A DNA stretch of 64,000 bases from a virus (taxonomy: Duplodnaviria > Caudoviricetes), in the IMG/VR virus record IMGVR_UViG_3300010355_000898, positions 64,001-128,000 of that record; one strand, 5' to 3'. Of this stretch, positions 10,010-21,762 are shown piece after piece (positions within the stretch are counted from its first letter, which is position 1; each line of letters opens with the position of its first letter). A program made the position numbers and the translations under genes. The notes below the pieces were generated by a model that saw only the letters and a program-made list of their open reading frames with translations, had not been told where the DNA came from and ran no database searches.

Positions 10010-11071
10010 ATGAAAAAAGTTGAAGAACAGTTGTTGAGAGAACACATCAGAAATATCATCTGCGAAGATTTTGGTGGTTATGGTGGGGGCTATGGTGATT
10101 TTGCATTGGGTGATTTCACAAGCCCAATGGGAAATGCTCAGATGAGCAGCTCTGGCCTCCACAACATATTCATCAAACCATTCACTGATGTTTTCAAGCA
10201 GGCTGCAGGCAGTGCAAAAGAGATCTCAAGAACTGTTCAGAATGTTGTTCAGGTGTTCCTTGCATCAATTGCAACAGCAATTGTTCCCATATTTGATGCT
10301 GAGTATGAAAAGATTGAGAAGAAGTACAAGGCTGACATGGATGAGATCAAGAAGCAGTATGCTCAGATCTACAATGATTCATGGGATGCAATCAAACATG
10401 ATGATGTGCTCTGTTCAGCATTCCTCCTGAAACCTGACCTGATGCTCACGGCAAAGGTTGCAAAGGAGGCACCCAAGGCTGTCTCGTCACTGCTCAATAT
10501 TCTTTCTGGGGGAAGATTGGAGAAATATCTTCCAAAGGGTGCAAATAAATCTGGGTCATCCAAGAGTGCCTCATCATTTGAGATTGGTCAGGGTTCAATT
10601 GGCAATGGAATGATGTTCGACTATTTTGGTGAAAATGCAAAATTTGGTGACAGCGTGTTGACTGAGGCTGCAACGGGTGATGTGTTGACCAAGTTGGTTC
10701 AGAACAGCAAAGTGCATGACGTGATCAGACAGAACAGCACTGTGCAAGAGATGTCAAGGAAGGCAGCACAGGCACACAAGAGTGCGTTGACTCAGATCTA
10801 TAATGACGCAAAGTCAGCGCTGAACGTCAGGACAGCAATGGACATTGCAAAGAGGCTTGGAAAACCTGAAATTCAGAAACAGGCAGAAAAATTGCAGGGT
10901 AATGATAAGGTTGATGATGCAACTGTTGAAACATTCAAGAAGGGTGTCAAGCAGTACTATTTGGGTCACATTGATGGCATCATCAAGCATGCCATAGAGA
11001 AGGGCGTTCCTGAGCAGCATCCTTTCATCACAAGTTATAAGAATTTGCGCGATATGATCACAAAATTGTGA
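10010..11071 (+). CDS. Hypothetical protein (possible internal head protein)
   Basis: Long ORF; TAGTTA 7 nt before ATG 10010; LLREHIRNIICE N-terminus. Confidence 0.65.
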   Translation: MKKVEEQLLREHIRNIICEDFGGYGGGYGDFALGDFTSPMGNAQMSSSGLHNIFIKPFTDVFKQAAGSAKEISRTVQNVVQVFLASIATAIVPIFDAEYEKIEKKYKADMDEIKKQYAQIYNDSWDAIKHDDVLCSAFLLKPDLMLTAKVAKEAPKAVSSLLNILSGGRLEKYLPKGANKSGSSKSASSFEIGQGSIGNGMMFDYFGENAKFGDSVLTEAATGDVLTKLVQNSKVHDVIRQNSTVQEMSRKAAQAHKSALTQIYNDAKSALNVRTAMDIAKRLGKPEIQKQAEKLQGNDKVDDATVETFKKGVKQYYLGHIDGIIKHAIEKGVPEQHPFITSYKNLRDMITKL

Positions 11072-11108
11072 TTGTACAAATGATGTGCCATGAGGATATA
11101 ATCATCAC

Positions 11109-11390
11109 ATGGCAAAAAAGAAAAGTATTGATCCAATCATAGTTGCTGAACTTCAACCTGATGAACTGAATGCCTTGAAAGCATTGGTGAAGGAATTCAT
11201 TGACAAAATTCAGAGTGTTGACAATGAAATTGAAACACTGAAAGAGGACAGAAAAGAGATCATTGAAGAGTATACAAACAAGCTTGACATCAAGACGCTC
11301 AATCAGGCTCTAAAGGTTGCAAAATTGCAGGCATCAGTTGAACATAAGGATACATTTGATATGTTTATGGAGGTCATCACTGACGTTTGA
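11109..11390 (+). CDS. GapR/DUF2312 (T4 DsbA-like) dsDNA-binding protein
   Basis: EFIDKIQSVDNEIETLKEDRKEIIEEY...DIKTLNQALKV. Confidence 0.7.
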   Translation: MAKKKSIDPIIVAELQPDELNALKALVKEFIDKIQSVDNEIETLKEDRKEIIEEYTNKLDIKTLNQALKVAKLQASVEHKDTFDMFMEVITDV

Positions 11391-11821
11391 TTATGGCAAA
11401 AAAGGTAACAAAAAAGGTCAAGAACGCTGAAAAACCTGTTGTTGTTGACACAAAAATTGTGGAACAGGTTAAGGGTGAAACTGAATCAACAATTGCTGAT
11501 TCAAATGTTGAATTGTGTACACTCAACTTGACGCAGGCAGAATTGGTGCATCTCAGAGATCTGATGAGCATCATGATACCACCAGATTATGAAAACACAG
11601 TTTCACAATCATTGGCAAAGAATGTTGGAAGAGTTATCATTGAAACACTCCTCTGGAAGAAACTGAATGATCTGTGTGAAAATTGTGGAATTGCAACAGG
11701 TCCAGCGGCACCCGATTATGTTTTGACATCTGTATCACAACCAAACATTGAAGTCTTCAGGATTGCTGACAATGTGCAGCAGTCAACCAAGGATGAAAAT
11801 GTTGAAGACACTGAGGAATAG
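11387..11821 (+). CDS. Hypothetical protein
   Basis: ORF in operon context. Confidence 0.55.
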   Translation: MIMAKKVTKKVKNAEKPVVVDTKIVEQVKGETESTIADSNVELCTLNLTQAELVHLRDLMSIMIPPDYENTVSQSLAKNVGRVIIETLLWKKLNDLCENCGIATGPAAPDYVLTSVSQPNIEVFRIADNVQQSTKDENVEDTEE

Positions 11822-11830
11822 TAGAAGACA

Positions 11831-12271
11831 ATGAAATACAATATTGGCCAAGTTGTGTATGGGATTCTGAATGATAAGGGTATTGTGTATCCATATCTCA
11901 TTGTTGAAGAGCAAACAAAACGTACCCTGAATGGCGTCAACACAGAGTACATTGCTCAAGCGGGTTTGGACAAGGAATCACTCATTCAGTTGAGCAAAAT
12001 TGAGAATGCAGAATTTTTCACATCACTTGATGAAGTGAAGCAAAAGTTGATGAACAATGCGTTGATGACTGTTGATGCAATGCTCAGTGATGTGAATGCC
12101 CATGCACAATCTTGGTACAATGTTGACAGTACTGCCAAAACTCAATCTCAGGAGATTGGCATTGAACAGATCCCAGTAGTGGGACCCGATAATGACCATG
12201 ATGAGATCAGAGTCGATCTTGGTAATGGCATGATTGGAAAACTGAAGCGATCTGCAAACAGTGCATTGTAA
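11831..12271 (+). CDS. Hypothetical protein (N-terminal SH3/KOW-like)
   Basis: MKYNIGQVVY start; operon context. Confidence 0.55.
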   Translation: MKYNIGQVVYGILNDKGIVYPYLIVEEQTKRTLNGVNTEYIAQAGLDKESLIQLSKIENAEFFTSLDEVKQKLMNNALMTVDAMLSDVNAHAQSWYNVDSTAKTQSQEIGIEQIPVVGPDNDHDEIRVDLGNGMIGKLKRSANSAL

Positions 12272-12295
12272 CATAATCCATGGTATAAATGGATT

Positions 12296-12865
12296 ATGAA
12301 GCTTACAGAAGCCAGAAAAATTGCAGAAAAAATCTTGCGAGATATCAGGAAGTGCTCTGTAAGAGCAGAAATTGCTGGCAGTATCAGGCGAGAAAAGTCT
12401 GAAGTAAAAGATATCGAGATTGTTGCAGTCATCAGTGATTACAATAAGCTTTTCAGATTGATGAAAAAGCATGGGCAGTTCATCAAGCCTGGTGTTCCTG
12501 ACATCATTCCTTGGGAACCTCATATTGATGCAAAATATTTGCGTCTCATCCTGAATGAGGGCATCAAACTTGATTTGTTCATTCCCAAAATTGATAATTG
12601 GGGTGCAATCTATTGCATGCGGACGGGATCAGGTGTTGGGCCCAATGGAAGTCCATGGACAGGTTTCATTCCTGCAATGTTCAGTCAATGGAAACGTGTG
12701 AGTGGTGGTGGGAAAATGGTTGAGGGATATCCAACCACTCCTGAAGGTGAAAAGATCAAAACGTTTGAAGAGGAAGATTTTTTCAATCTGCTCGGTGTGA
12801 AATTTGTTGATCCAAAGGATAGGATTGATGCACAAATTGTTAAGAAGTCATTGATTAAGGAATAA
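12296..12865 (+). CDS. Minimal family X DNA polymerase (PolX-like nucleotidyltransferase)
   Basis: AGSIRREK..VKDIEIV, KLDLF, RTGS, EEDFFNLLG..FVDPKDR. Confidence 0.85.
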   Translation: MKLTEARKIAEKILRDIRKCSVRAEIAGSIRREKSEVKDIEIVAVISDYNKLFRLMKKHGQFIKPGVPDIIPWEPHIDAKYLRLILNEGIKLDLFIPKIDNWGAIYCMRTGSGVGPNGSPWTGFIPAMFSQWKRVSGGGKMVEGYPTTPEGEKIKTFEEEDFFNLLGVKFVDPKDRIDAQIVKKSLIKE

Positions 12866-12866
12866 A

Positions 12867-13337
12867 ATGCAAAAAATTTCAACAAAGATCATCAAAGAAA
12901 ATATACCAAATTGGTTGGCTTGGGATAACATCCAAGATTTGGAAGCTCATTTTGATAATGAAATTGCAATTCTTTGTGGTAAACACAATTTGTTTGATGA
13001 ATTGTGTTCGCAATTCAAAATTGTTGGTGCAAAATCTCAAAATGAAATCAAAACAAAAGCAATTGAGGTTTGGACAAATCCAAACAATTGGAAACGGGTA
13101 GAAAAGATTAAGTTGAATGATGATGAACGTGAATATGATTATTCATGTGGTGATTTTGGCACAATCAGCAATTCAAAACTGTATGATGCATATTGTGGAG
13201 AAGATGAAGTTTTTGTAAATTCTGATTGCATTAAACGTACGTACATTAATGAAAAATTTGTTCTTGGTGATTGGCGACTTGAAATTCTTTCATCACCAAA
13301 TGATGAGTTGATTGCATTCAGTCTTGTTGTTGATTGA
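12867..13337 (+). CDS. Hypothetical protein
   Basis: 156 aa ORF abutting PolX. Confidence 0.55.
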   Translation: MQKISTKIIKENIPNWLAWDNIQDLEAHFDNEIAILCGKHNLFDELCSQFKIVGAKSQNEIKTKAIEVWTNPNNWKRVEKIKLNDDEREYDYSCGDFGTISNSKLYDAYCGEDEVFVNSDCIKRTYINEKFVLGDWRLEILSSPNDELIAFSLVVD

Positions 13338-13587
13338 TATGATGACAATTGATATCCAACACAAAAGGGTGAAAAGAGTAAAGCTTCGCAGATATTATGG
13401 AGGAGGGATGTTTGAGATCCTGAATGATGGGCGTCATTATCCCAATCCACCAAATCCAGAAAAGTTCAAATCTGCATACCGATTGTGGAAACGTGGACTT
13501 GGTAAATTCAGAATGCTTGAGAGTTCAATTACGTACTGTTTACACAGATTCATCAAGAGATCATTAAAAAGGTTTAGGTAAAAAACA

Positions 13588-14448
13588 ATGGGATACATGC
13601 ATATTGAAAACCTGTATCGTGATCAGACGATCCTGATGTTCAAAGAGTGTTGGGCTCTTGAAAAAATTCATGGCACTAGTGCACACATCAGTTGGAAATC
13701 AGCAACTGGTCAACTGCATTTCTCTGCTGGGGGATGTTCTCATGAGAGATTTGTTGGTCTTTTTGATCATCAGAAACTGATTGAGAACTTTTCAAAAATT
13801 TCTCCACTTGCTGACGTCACCATTTATGGTGAGGCATATGGCGCAAGCATTCTCAAAATGGGCAAAATTTATGGTGATCAGTTGAGATTCATTGCGTTTG
13901 ATGTCAACATTGACAATCATTGGCTTTCAGTTCCAAATGCACATGAGGTTGCAACCGGACTTGGTCTTGATTTTGTTGATTATGTGAAAATCAGCACTGA
14001 CATGGCTGAGATTGATGCTCAACGTGATCGTCCAAGTGTTCAAGCGGTCAGGAATGGAATGGGAGAGCACCAACGTGAAGGTGTTGTTCTCAAACCATTG
14101 ATTGAGCTCACAAAGAACAATGGTGATAGGATTGTGTGCAAACACAAACACCAGAAATATATGGAAACTGCAACGCCAAGGGAAGTCAGTCCTGAAAGAT
14201 TGGTGGTGCTTGAGGATGCGCAACAGATTGCCATTGAGTGGGTCACACAGATGCGCCTGCTGCATGTCATCGATAAGTTGGGCGCTGTCACCATCAGTGA
14301 CGCCAAAAAAATCATTGAAGCAATGCTTGAAGATGTATTGAGGGAAGCATCAGGAGAAATCGTGGTGTCACCTGAAGTGAAGAGAGCAATTGCAACAATG
14401 ACAATGAAACAGTTCAATCTGTATGAGAGATCAAAAGTCAATGACTAA
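13588..14448 (+). CDS. ATP-dependent RNA ligase, Rnl2 family
   Basis: EKIHGT (motif I), YGEAYG, FIAFDV, REGVVLKP, KHK. Confidence 0.85.
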   Translation: MGYMHIENLYRDQTILMFKECWALEKIHGTSAHISWKSATGQLHFSAGGCSHERFVGLFDHQKLIENFSKISPLADVTIYGEAYGASILKMGKIYGDQLRFIAFDVNIDNHWLSVPNAHEVATGLGLDFVDYVKISTDMAEIDAQRDRPSVQAVRNGMGEHQREGVVLKPLIELTKNNGDRIVCKHKHQKYMETATPREVSPERLVVLEDAQQIAIEWVTQMRLLHVIDKLGAVTISDAKKIIEAMLEDVLREASGEIVVSPEVKRAIATMTMKQFNLYERSKVND

Positions 14449-14621
14449 TTTGAAAGAAACAATTATGAACAGAGATACCTTGAAGAGAACTTGGAACGTG
14501 ATCACTTCACCTGGACTTGTGATGGCACTCAATGTGATTACACTTGGATTGCAGATTGTTCACCAAATTGATCAGTACAACAGAGGTAACAGACAGATAG
14601 GTTTCACACAGAAGCGTTGAT

Positions 14622-14930
14622 ATGTTGTTGAGAACACTGTTTACGCTCACATCAGCACTGGTTGCAACTGTGAGTGCATGGACAAGCTACAAACTCAATT
14701 GCGGACACAGTTGGGCATTTTGGCTGACATGGTCAATTGGCTGCATCCCAGTTTGGACATTGTGGGCAAAATTGAGCAACAATATTCTTCTTGATGCAAT
14801 CATATATGATAGTGTTGTCATCGCAATTTTTGCTGTTGTCACAATGCATCTGACCGGAAAACAGATATCACTTGAACATATGCTTGGCATCATGATGCTC
14901 ATCATGGGAATTGTATTGGTGAATACATGA
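14622..14930 (+). CDS. Small 4-TM membrane protein (SMR/EamA-like)
   Basis: Four hydrophobic segments; MLGIMMLIMGIVLV C-terminus. Confidence 0.55.
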   Translation: MLLRTLFTLTSALVATVSAWTSYKLNCGHSWAFWLTWSIGCIPVWTLWAKLSNNILLDAIIYDSVVIAIFAVVTMHLTGKQISLEHMLGIMMLIMGIVLVNT

Positions 14931-15127
14931 AACAGTTGTGGAGAATTTGGGCAAAAGCATTGGGTCAAAAGGATGGCTTGAATGATCAGGAGGCTGACAG
15001 GGTTGCAATGGTGAGGACAGCAATTGTTGTGTTCACAATGATCACAAATCTTCTCATCATTGTGAATGTTGCAAAACATTGGAATGATGGCACCCAAACT
15101 CATGCCGGAGCACATTGTGAAAATTAG
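14927..15127 (+). CDS. Small conserved-type phage membrane protein
   Basis: WRIWAKALG.K.G..D.EAD.VA.VRT pattern recalled from T4-like phages. Confidence 0.6.
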   Translation: MKQLWRIWAKALGQKDGLNDQEADRVAMVRTAIVVFTMITNLLIIVNVAKHWNDGTQTHAGAHCEN

Positions 15128-16903
15128 TACGTTAATCAACATGCTCAGGGAACAGTATCCTGAGCACAATTTTGAACGGTTTGTTGCGTCCACTCTGCCC
15201 GGTTGTGATGAGCACCATGCACTGTTGTACAGGATTGTTTTGGCAATTGAAAATTGTGGTGCAAGAACTGTTGAATTGTATACAAGTCCATCATGCAAAA
15301 AGGTTTAGTATGAATCCAGTCAAACAGATTGAACAATTCATCAAGATCCACATGTGGAAAATTGGTTATGATGAATACAGATTATTGCATGCATTGTTGG
15401 AGAAATTGAAGAGTGAACAGAAAATTGATGAAAGCAATGAAACATTTCACAGGTGATCAGAGATTGATTCATCTTGCTGAAATATTGAAACTTTGTGCAG
15501 AGCATGATTGCACCAGTGCAATCTTTATGCCAGATGAATTGTTGCAGACAGACATTGATTGGTTGATCAGCAATGGATATGATGTTGTTCATCATGTTGG
15601 AACAGTGTATTGTGGCGATCATTACATTGTGAGCCTGTGATGATTACGCCAACTGATCTTGAAAAGTTTAGAAGAATTTATGATGTACTTTGCAAGCACA
15701 ATCCCATGTTGTCTGCTAATGGACAACTTTTCACAAAAAATATTGTACGATTTCAAAATAGTTTGTACACATTCAGACCAAGACTGAAAATTTACAATAC
15801 TGGAACAATGGCATGCGCAGTGTGTGAAATGTATTGTCAACAGCAATCAACAGAAGAATTTTGGGGGTCATGGTATGATCAGAAGAAACTTATCGTATAG
15901 TTCACACAAAAATCTTTTGAGACTTGCAAAGTATTTGCATATGCGAAACGTTGACACAATGAGTTTTCGTCAATTGAGAGCGCTGTTGAAATGGTATTTT
16001 TCAAGAAGAGAGAAACGTGACAGGAATCTGATTGAGTGATGTTGAGTCAAAGAAATCATCAGAGATATTTGAACATGTTCAATATATTGGCCATGAGACA
16101 GGATGGTAACATATTGCAAAATGATTTCATACAAAATAGACTTGTATATTATGCAAATGGTAAAGAGCAGAGGGGATTGAGAATTGCCCTGATACGGAAT
16201 GGACATTGTCTCATTTCTGCGCCATTTGTGAAAGATTTGGGGACGCCATCACAAAAATATTGGTGGTGAACAATTCAATATTGTTTGATTACAATCAAAT
16301 GAAGAGAAATTGTATGTTGAACGTACCATTTGAAAAGGTTCACAAAGTATTCAAAATTTTAAGTGAACGTTATGATTGTGATTTTCCTGTTGATTGGGAA
16401 AGCAATCTTAGTGTAAATTGTGGTGACTATTATGACACAACAAATGTTGTTGAAAGAGTGATGAGGATTGGCATTTTGCAAAATGGTAAAGCGATAATCA
16501 TGTTTCCAAAGTCCACTGATAGTGAAGAACAGATCATATTTGAATATGATTACACAGCGGGATATTGACAGGAGAACAGTCTTGGTATGACAACAAAAGA
16601 TAAACATGATTATGAAATCACTTGGGAAAAATTGAACATTGTTGAAAAAATTGTTATGTCAACTGCAATTGTGTGGTTCCTGAGTGTAATGCCAATCATC
16701 ATTGTGATTGGTGTATTTGCACTGTTTCCAATGTTTTTGATTGCATGCGTGATTGTTCTATTCAGAAATCTTGCGAGTTTATTGCTGAATCAGTTCAACA
16801 AAGAACAATAAAATCATGTGTGAATAGATTTGGTCATGCATTGTGAATATCACAACAATGTGTGATAAATTGTCTATATCAACTGATAAAAGGTATAGCA
16901 AAA

Positions 16904-17482
16904 ATGAAGACATCCAGAGTTCAAATTCTTATCAACATTTTTACACTGCTGATGATTGTTACCGGTGCACTGTATGTCAGTGCACTGAAGAGTGATCTGA
17001 AGAGTGCACAAATGAGAGCACAAATGATGGACAACAGGGTTGTGAATGCAAATGATAAGATTGCAGATGACACTGGATTGTGGGCACCTTACAGAGATTT
17101 CTCTGATGAAATGATGCAAGCAGGCGTTGCAAATATTGGTCTTGGGCAGATCATCATTGCAAGGCGCAATGTTTCAAGGGATGATGGTGAATTTGCAATC
17201 CAGGAATTGGATGCACTCAAACGTGAATTTGCTGATCATATTCGTGATTGCAAAAAGTTCAGAAATCTCAGATTCATCTGTGCAGATGAGATCGCAGACA
17301 AACGACTCAAGATTGAGAAGGTTAAGGTTCAGGGCATTTGGCAATACATTCTGTATGTGGATGCTCTCAACAGAGATCAGTCAAACTATTTGTGTGTCAT
17401 CATGAATGAACAGTATCATTGGGCAGAAGAGTGTGCCCAGAATGATGGGCAAATCAGGCTTCCAACACTCCTGGGTGAATAG
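16904..17482 (+). CDS. Membrane-anchored hypothetical protein
   Basis: N-terminal TM; promoter at 16843-16871 favours start 16904. Confidence 0.55.
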   Translation: MKTSRVQILINIFTLLMIVTGALYVSALKSDLKSAQMRAQMMDNRVVNANDKIADDTGLWAPYRDFSDEMMQAGVANIGLGQIIIARRNVSRDDGEFAIQELDALKREFADHIRDCKKFRNLRFICADEIADKRLKIEKVKVQGIWQYILYVDALNRDQSNYLCVIMNEQYHWAEECAQNDGQIRLPTLLGE

Positions 17483-18282
17483 TATGAATGGTGATGAGAT
17501 TGGTATTGTGATCACAAAAAGTGTACTCAATGACATATTTGATGTCAATATCACCACTCCCAAAGAGATCAAAGAGTTCAACATCAGTAAACATAGGGTG
17601 AATACATGATCATCAGGTATGATGGTGGTGTTCACAGATGCAAATTACACAGCGAATATCTGTTTTTCAAAGCGTTTGGCAACAATTTTCATGAATCTTT
17701 CAATTTCAACAGATGATATATCATTATTTGACAATCACAAGATGTGGTGCAGCTGAATTCACAGAGTTTGAAAGCCTATTCACAAGATTTGTGTTGAAAC
17801 AACGTGAACTCAATGAAAAACTCACAAAGTGGTCAACAAAATTCAGTTCCAGTTATCACAGTACTGTATTTGGCCCAATCTGGAAAATATAAACTCCGGA
17901 CCTATCAGGATAGGTCAGAATATTTGTTGTATCGGGCTAACATGACAATGTGGATGAGTTCACATTACACAATTGAGTTGAATTAGCATGCAATGTTTAC
18001 CAAAAGATGTGCACCTGATGATCATGTGTTCTGGTATGTGTAAACTCAATTGTGGAGTACTAAGACAACTGATCTGCGATAGAGAACATATACGTGCGTA
18101 CATTGCAAGATTGCACAAACTGTTGGGACACACATGAATACATTGTACATTTTTGCAAAGGGTGATGTTGCAACACAATCACCACATGGAATTGTTCTTG
18201 AAAGATGTCTTGTGAAGAAAATCTTGGAACGATACAACAATGCAAGAATGATTGCAGAACACATAGATTGGAATAGCATCAC

Positions 18283-19323
18283 ATGGCAAATATAGCAGTT
18301 CTCACATCAGGTGGCGTTGACAGTGCAGTTGCACTCAAATTGTTGAAAGACCAAGGTCACAATGTGACAGCACACTACATCAAGATTTGGCTTGAGGATG
18401 AATTCAGTTCATTGGGAAATTGTCCTTGGCAGGATGATCTTGACGTTGTCAGAAAGGTCGCTGACAGTGTTGGTTGTGAAGTCAAGGTGACATCACTTCA
18501 ACAGGAATATTGGGATAGGGTTGTCAGCAATATGCTCAGGGATGTTAAGTTGGGAATGACACCAAATCCTGATGCTCTGTGTAATCGTGATGTCAAGTTT
18601 GGTGCATTCATGGATGCAATCGGTAGTCAATGTGATTTCATTGCATCAGGACACTATGCAGATAAGCATATGGGATATTTGCGTATGAATCCTGATCCTG
18701 TGAAAGATCAGACACTGTTCCTGAGCAGATTGCGCCAAGAGCAATTGGATAGGATTGTGTTCCCAATTGGACAGTTGCATAAGCATCAGGTCAGAGATTT
18801 GGCAGTGAAAATGGGTCTCCCAAACAGTGCCCGGGCAGACAGTCAAGGAATCTGTTTTCTTGGAAAGATCAGCTACAATCAGTTCATTCAGCAAAATCTT
18901 GGAATACGTACCGGAGATGTTGTCAACTGTGACACCGGTGAGATCATTGGTACACACCAAGGATATTGGTTCCACACGATTGGACAACGCAGAGGTCTGA
19001 ACCTCCCAGGAGGGCCCTGGTTTATTCAGAGAAAAGATTGCATTGGCAACACCATCTTTGTGAAGAGAGGACATCCTGAGCCAATTCTGCACTTCAGGAT
19101 CACTGATTTGGTTGAGTATACAGATCCTGAGGATGAACTCTTTGTAAGAATTCGTCATGGGGGAAAACTGATCAGGGTTGTGAACAGACATGAGCACAAT
19201 TGTGCAGTTGATATCACAATTGTTGAGGGAGATCCGGGAATTGCTCCCGGGCAAACTGTTGCATTCTATGGTATGCACAAGGGTGCAATGATCTGCACAG
19301 GAAGTGGTATAGTGTCACCATGA
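18283..19323 (+). CDS. mnmA: tRNA 2-thiouridine(34) synthase MnmA
   Basis: SGGVDS PP-loop, TPNPDALCN, SGHYA, KDQ, DSQGICFLG, HTIGQRRGL, APGQ. Confidence 0.95.
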   Translation: MANIAVLTSGGVDSAVALKLLKDQGHNVTAHYIKIWLEDEFSSLGNCPWQDDLDVVRKVADSVGCEVKVTSLQQEYWDRVVSNMLRDVKLGMTPNPDALCNRDVKFGAFMDAIGSQCDFIASGHYADKHMGYLRMNPDPVKDQTLFLSRLRQEQLDRIVFPIGQLHKHQVRDLAVKMGLPNSARADSQGICFLGKISYNQFIQQNLGIRTGDVVNCDTGEIIGTHQGYWFHTIGQRRGLNLPGGPWFIQRKDCIGNTIFVKRGHPEPILHFRITDLVEYTDPEDELFVRIRHGGKLIRVVNRHEHNCAVDITIVEGDPGIAPGQTVAFYGMHKGAMICTGSGIVSP

Positions 19324-19496
19324 AAAATGTAACAAAGTTCTCGAATTGTCAAAGTGTATTGTTGCAATAAAACTTGCGATTGTTTATCTTGCATTCAGGG
19401 CAATCATATGGACTATTGGAATTGCAATTGATGAAAAACTTATTGACAAGAGTGAATGGACCTCATGGAAAAGATATTTTGGGAAGAGAACAGAAA

Positions 19497-20759
19497 ATGA
19501 TGAATGACTATTCAAAAATGTTGATCAACGTTGATGGTGACACAAACGTTGTTGTGGGTGCAAAATTCCCAATCAGGGAATGGACTGTTGGCGTTCAGGT
19601 TGAGGATGGTGCAAGAAAGCAACTGTTCAATCTGGCAAATTTGCCATTCATTCATAATCACATTGCTGTCATGCCAGATGTCCATGCTGGAATTGGCGCA
19701 ACAGTTGGGTCTGTCATTCCAACTGATGGTGCAATCATACCTGCTGCGGTTGGCGTTGACATATCATGTGGAATGAATGCAGTCAGGACTTCTCTCAAAA
19801 GGAGTGATTTGCCAAAATCATTGGTGGAAATGCGTATGCTGATTGAACGAGCAATTCCTCATGGAAGAACTGATGATGGTGGTGAACGTGATAAGGGTTC
19901 TTGGGGAAATCCTCCTGATGATGTAAAGATTGCATGGATGGGACTCGAACCTGGATACAAGAGGCTTGTTGAGAAGAGACACAATCTTTCAACAAAGAGA
20001 TCGCCAGTGAATCAACTTGCGACACTTGGGACTGGGAATCACTTCTGTGAATGCACAGTTGATGAAGATGACAATGTGTGGTTCATTTTGCATTCAGGTT
20101 CAAGAGGCATTGGTGCAAGAATTGGTATGCAATTCATTGAGCTTGCAAAGCAGGAAATGAAACGTTGGTTCATCATGGACAATCTTCCTGATGCAAATTT
20201 GTCATTCATTCCAGAGGGCACTGAACTGTTTGATGACTACATTGAGGCTGTCATGTGGTGTCAACAGTATGCAAAAGTGAGCAGAGAACTCATGATGAAA
20301 CATGCAATTGATGTCTTGAAGGGAATGAAAGGAATTCCACATTTTGATTGTGATGATCAGATCAGTTGCAATCACAATTATGTTCAGAAAGAGAACCATT
20401 TTGGCAGGAACATTTGGGTAACACGGAAGGGTGCAATCAGTGCAAAGAAAGGTCAATTGGGCATCATTCCTGGATCAATGGGAGCAAAGAGCTTCATTGT
20501 CAGAGGATTGGGAAATGTTGACAGCTTCACAAGTGCTTCTCATGGAGCAGGCAGATTGATGTCAAGAACAGAAGCAAAGAATACGTTCTCTGTTGAGCAA
20601 CACAGGATTGCAACTGAAGGTGTTGAATGCAAAAAGGACGCAAGTGTGATTGACGAAACGCCAGGAGCATACAAAGACATTGATTGTGTTATGCATGCTC
20701 AACGCAATTTGGTTGAACCCATCACAACGTTGAAACAGATCATGTGTATAAAGGGATGA
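19497..20759 (+). CDS. rtcB: RtcB RNA 3'-phosphate/5'-OH ligase
   Basis: MPDVHAG, GVDISCG, GTGNHF, HSGSRG, HNY, RKGA, PGSMG, HGAGR, DETPGAYK; in-frame ATG 19497 is likelier than TTG 19374. Confidence 0.95.
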   Translation: MMNDYSKMLINVDGDTNVVVGAKFPIREWTVGVQVEDGARKQLFNLANLPFIHNHIAVMPDVHAGIGATVGSVIPTDGAIIPAAVGVDISCGMNAVRTSLKRSDLPKSLVEMRMLIERAIPHGRTDDGGERDKGSWGNPPDDVKIAWMGLEPGYKRLVEKRHNLSTKRSPVNQLATLGTGNHFCECTVDEDDNVWFILHSGSRGIGARIGMQFIELAKQEMKRWFIMDNLPDANLSFIPEGTELFDDYIEAVMWCQQYAKVSRELMMKHAIDVLKGMKGIPHFDCDDQISCNHNYVQKENHFGRNIWVTRKGAISAKKGQLGIIPGSMGAKSFIVRGLGNVDSFTSASHGAGRLMSRTEAKNTFSVEQHRIATEGVECKKDASVIDETPGAYKDIDCVMHAQRNLVEPITTLKQIMCIKG

Positions 20760-20974
20760 ACATATGTTTATTGAAGTTAGACGTTCAGGACAAACTATGA
20801 TTGGATCTGAAAAAATTCGTGCTTGGGGAGGTTTCCTGTATCAGGCTGTGTTCAACACCAATCACACAAACATGATGTGGGACAGAAACATTAGTGAATA
20901 CTACCATTGGCATGGTTCTGTACATGAACTATTTGAGAATGCAAAATGTATATTGAACAGAGCAGAAAAGGAAT

Positions 20975-21601
20975 ATGATCATGACTGAAAATTGTATTGA
21001 AATGTTCATTGGTGAAACCATTGCTGAAATGATCAAACATGGTGTCATGGTGTCATTGATACCAGAAAAGTCAATCACAGATGAGAATGATGGTCAAACA
21101 TGCGCCGGTTGGTTTGATTTTGAGAAAAGAGAATTTCATTGTGCAACCGGGAGAGAAGATTGGCTTGAAATCTATGCACATGAATATTGTCATTTCACTC
21201 AGTGGAAGGATGACTACTTTGGCGATGGTGGTGAATCTGGGTTGATGTGGGAATGGTTGGCTGGTGAGGAATACAATGATGAAGAAGTGCGTGATGCAAT
21301 CAGGACTTCACAATTGTGTGAATGGGATAATGAAAAGCGCACCATTGAACTCATCAAAAAATTCAATTTGCCAATTCCCATTGAACTCTATACAAAGAAA
21401 TCAAATGCATACATCATGTTTTACAGTCTTGTGCAAAGGCACAGAAAGTGGTCAAAACCTGGGTATGCAACGTATCAGAACGCAAAGATCATTGCAAAGA
21501 TTGCCGGTGACCGCATTTTTTCAGATACAGAAATTTTGCAACCACCTGATTGGTTTATCAAGATTGCTGATGAGGAATGTTTTCAACATGAAAAAGAGTG
21601 A
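20975..21601 (+). CDS. Zincin-like metalloprotease (HExxH)
   Basis: AHEYCHF with downstream EWDNE. Confidence 0.6.
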   Translation: MIMTENCIEMFIGETIAEMIKHGVMVSLIPEKSITDENDGQTCAGWFDFEKREFHCATGREDWLEIYAHEYCHFTQWKDDYFGDGGESGLMWEWLAGEEYNDEEVRDAIRTSQLCEWDNEKRTIELIKKFNLPIPIELYTKKSNAYIMFYSLVQRHRKWSKPGYATYQNAKIIAKIAGDRIFSDTEILQPPDWFIKIADEECFQHEKE

Positions 21602-21762
21602 ACTTGCTGAACACTTGATTGATGAATTCAGACGGACAATTGCACATGCAGATTGGATTGCAGCAGGAAGAAAGGGAATGCATGTGCCATTTCATGGAGA
21701 TTTTGCGTCATGTGTAGGTTTACCATCAGTGATATTCATGATGCGTTGGTGGGTAAAAGCTT

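Noticed and set aside
19940-19951. tRNA T-arm-like gggactcgaacc
   Set aside because: Lies inside the rtcB coding sequence with no cloverleaf around it
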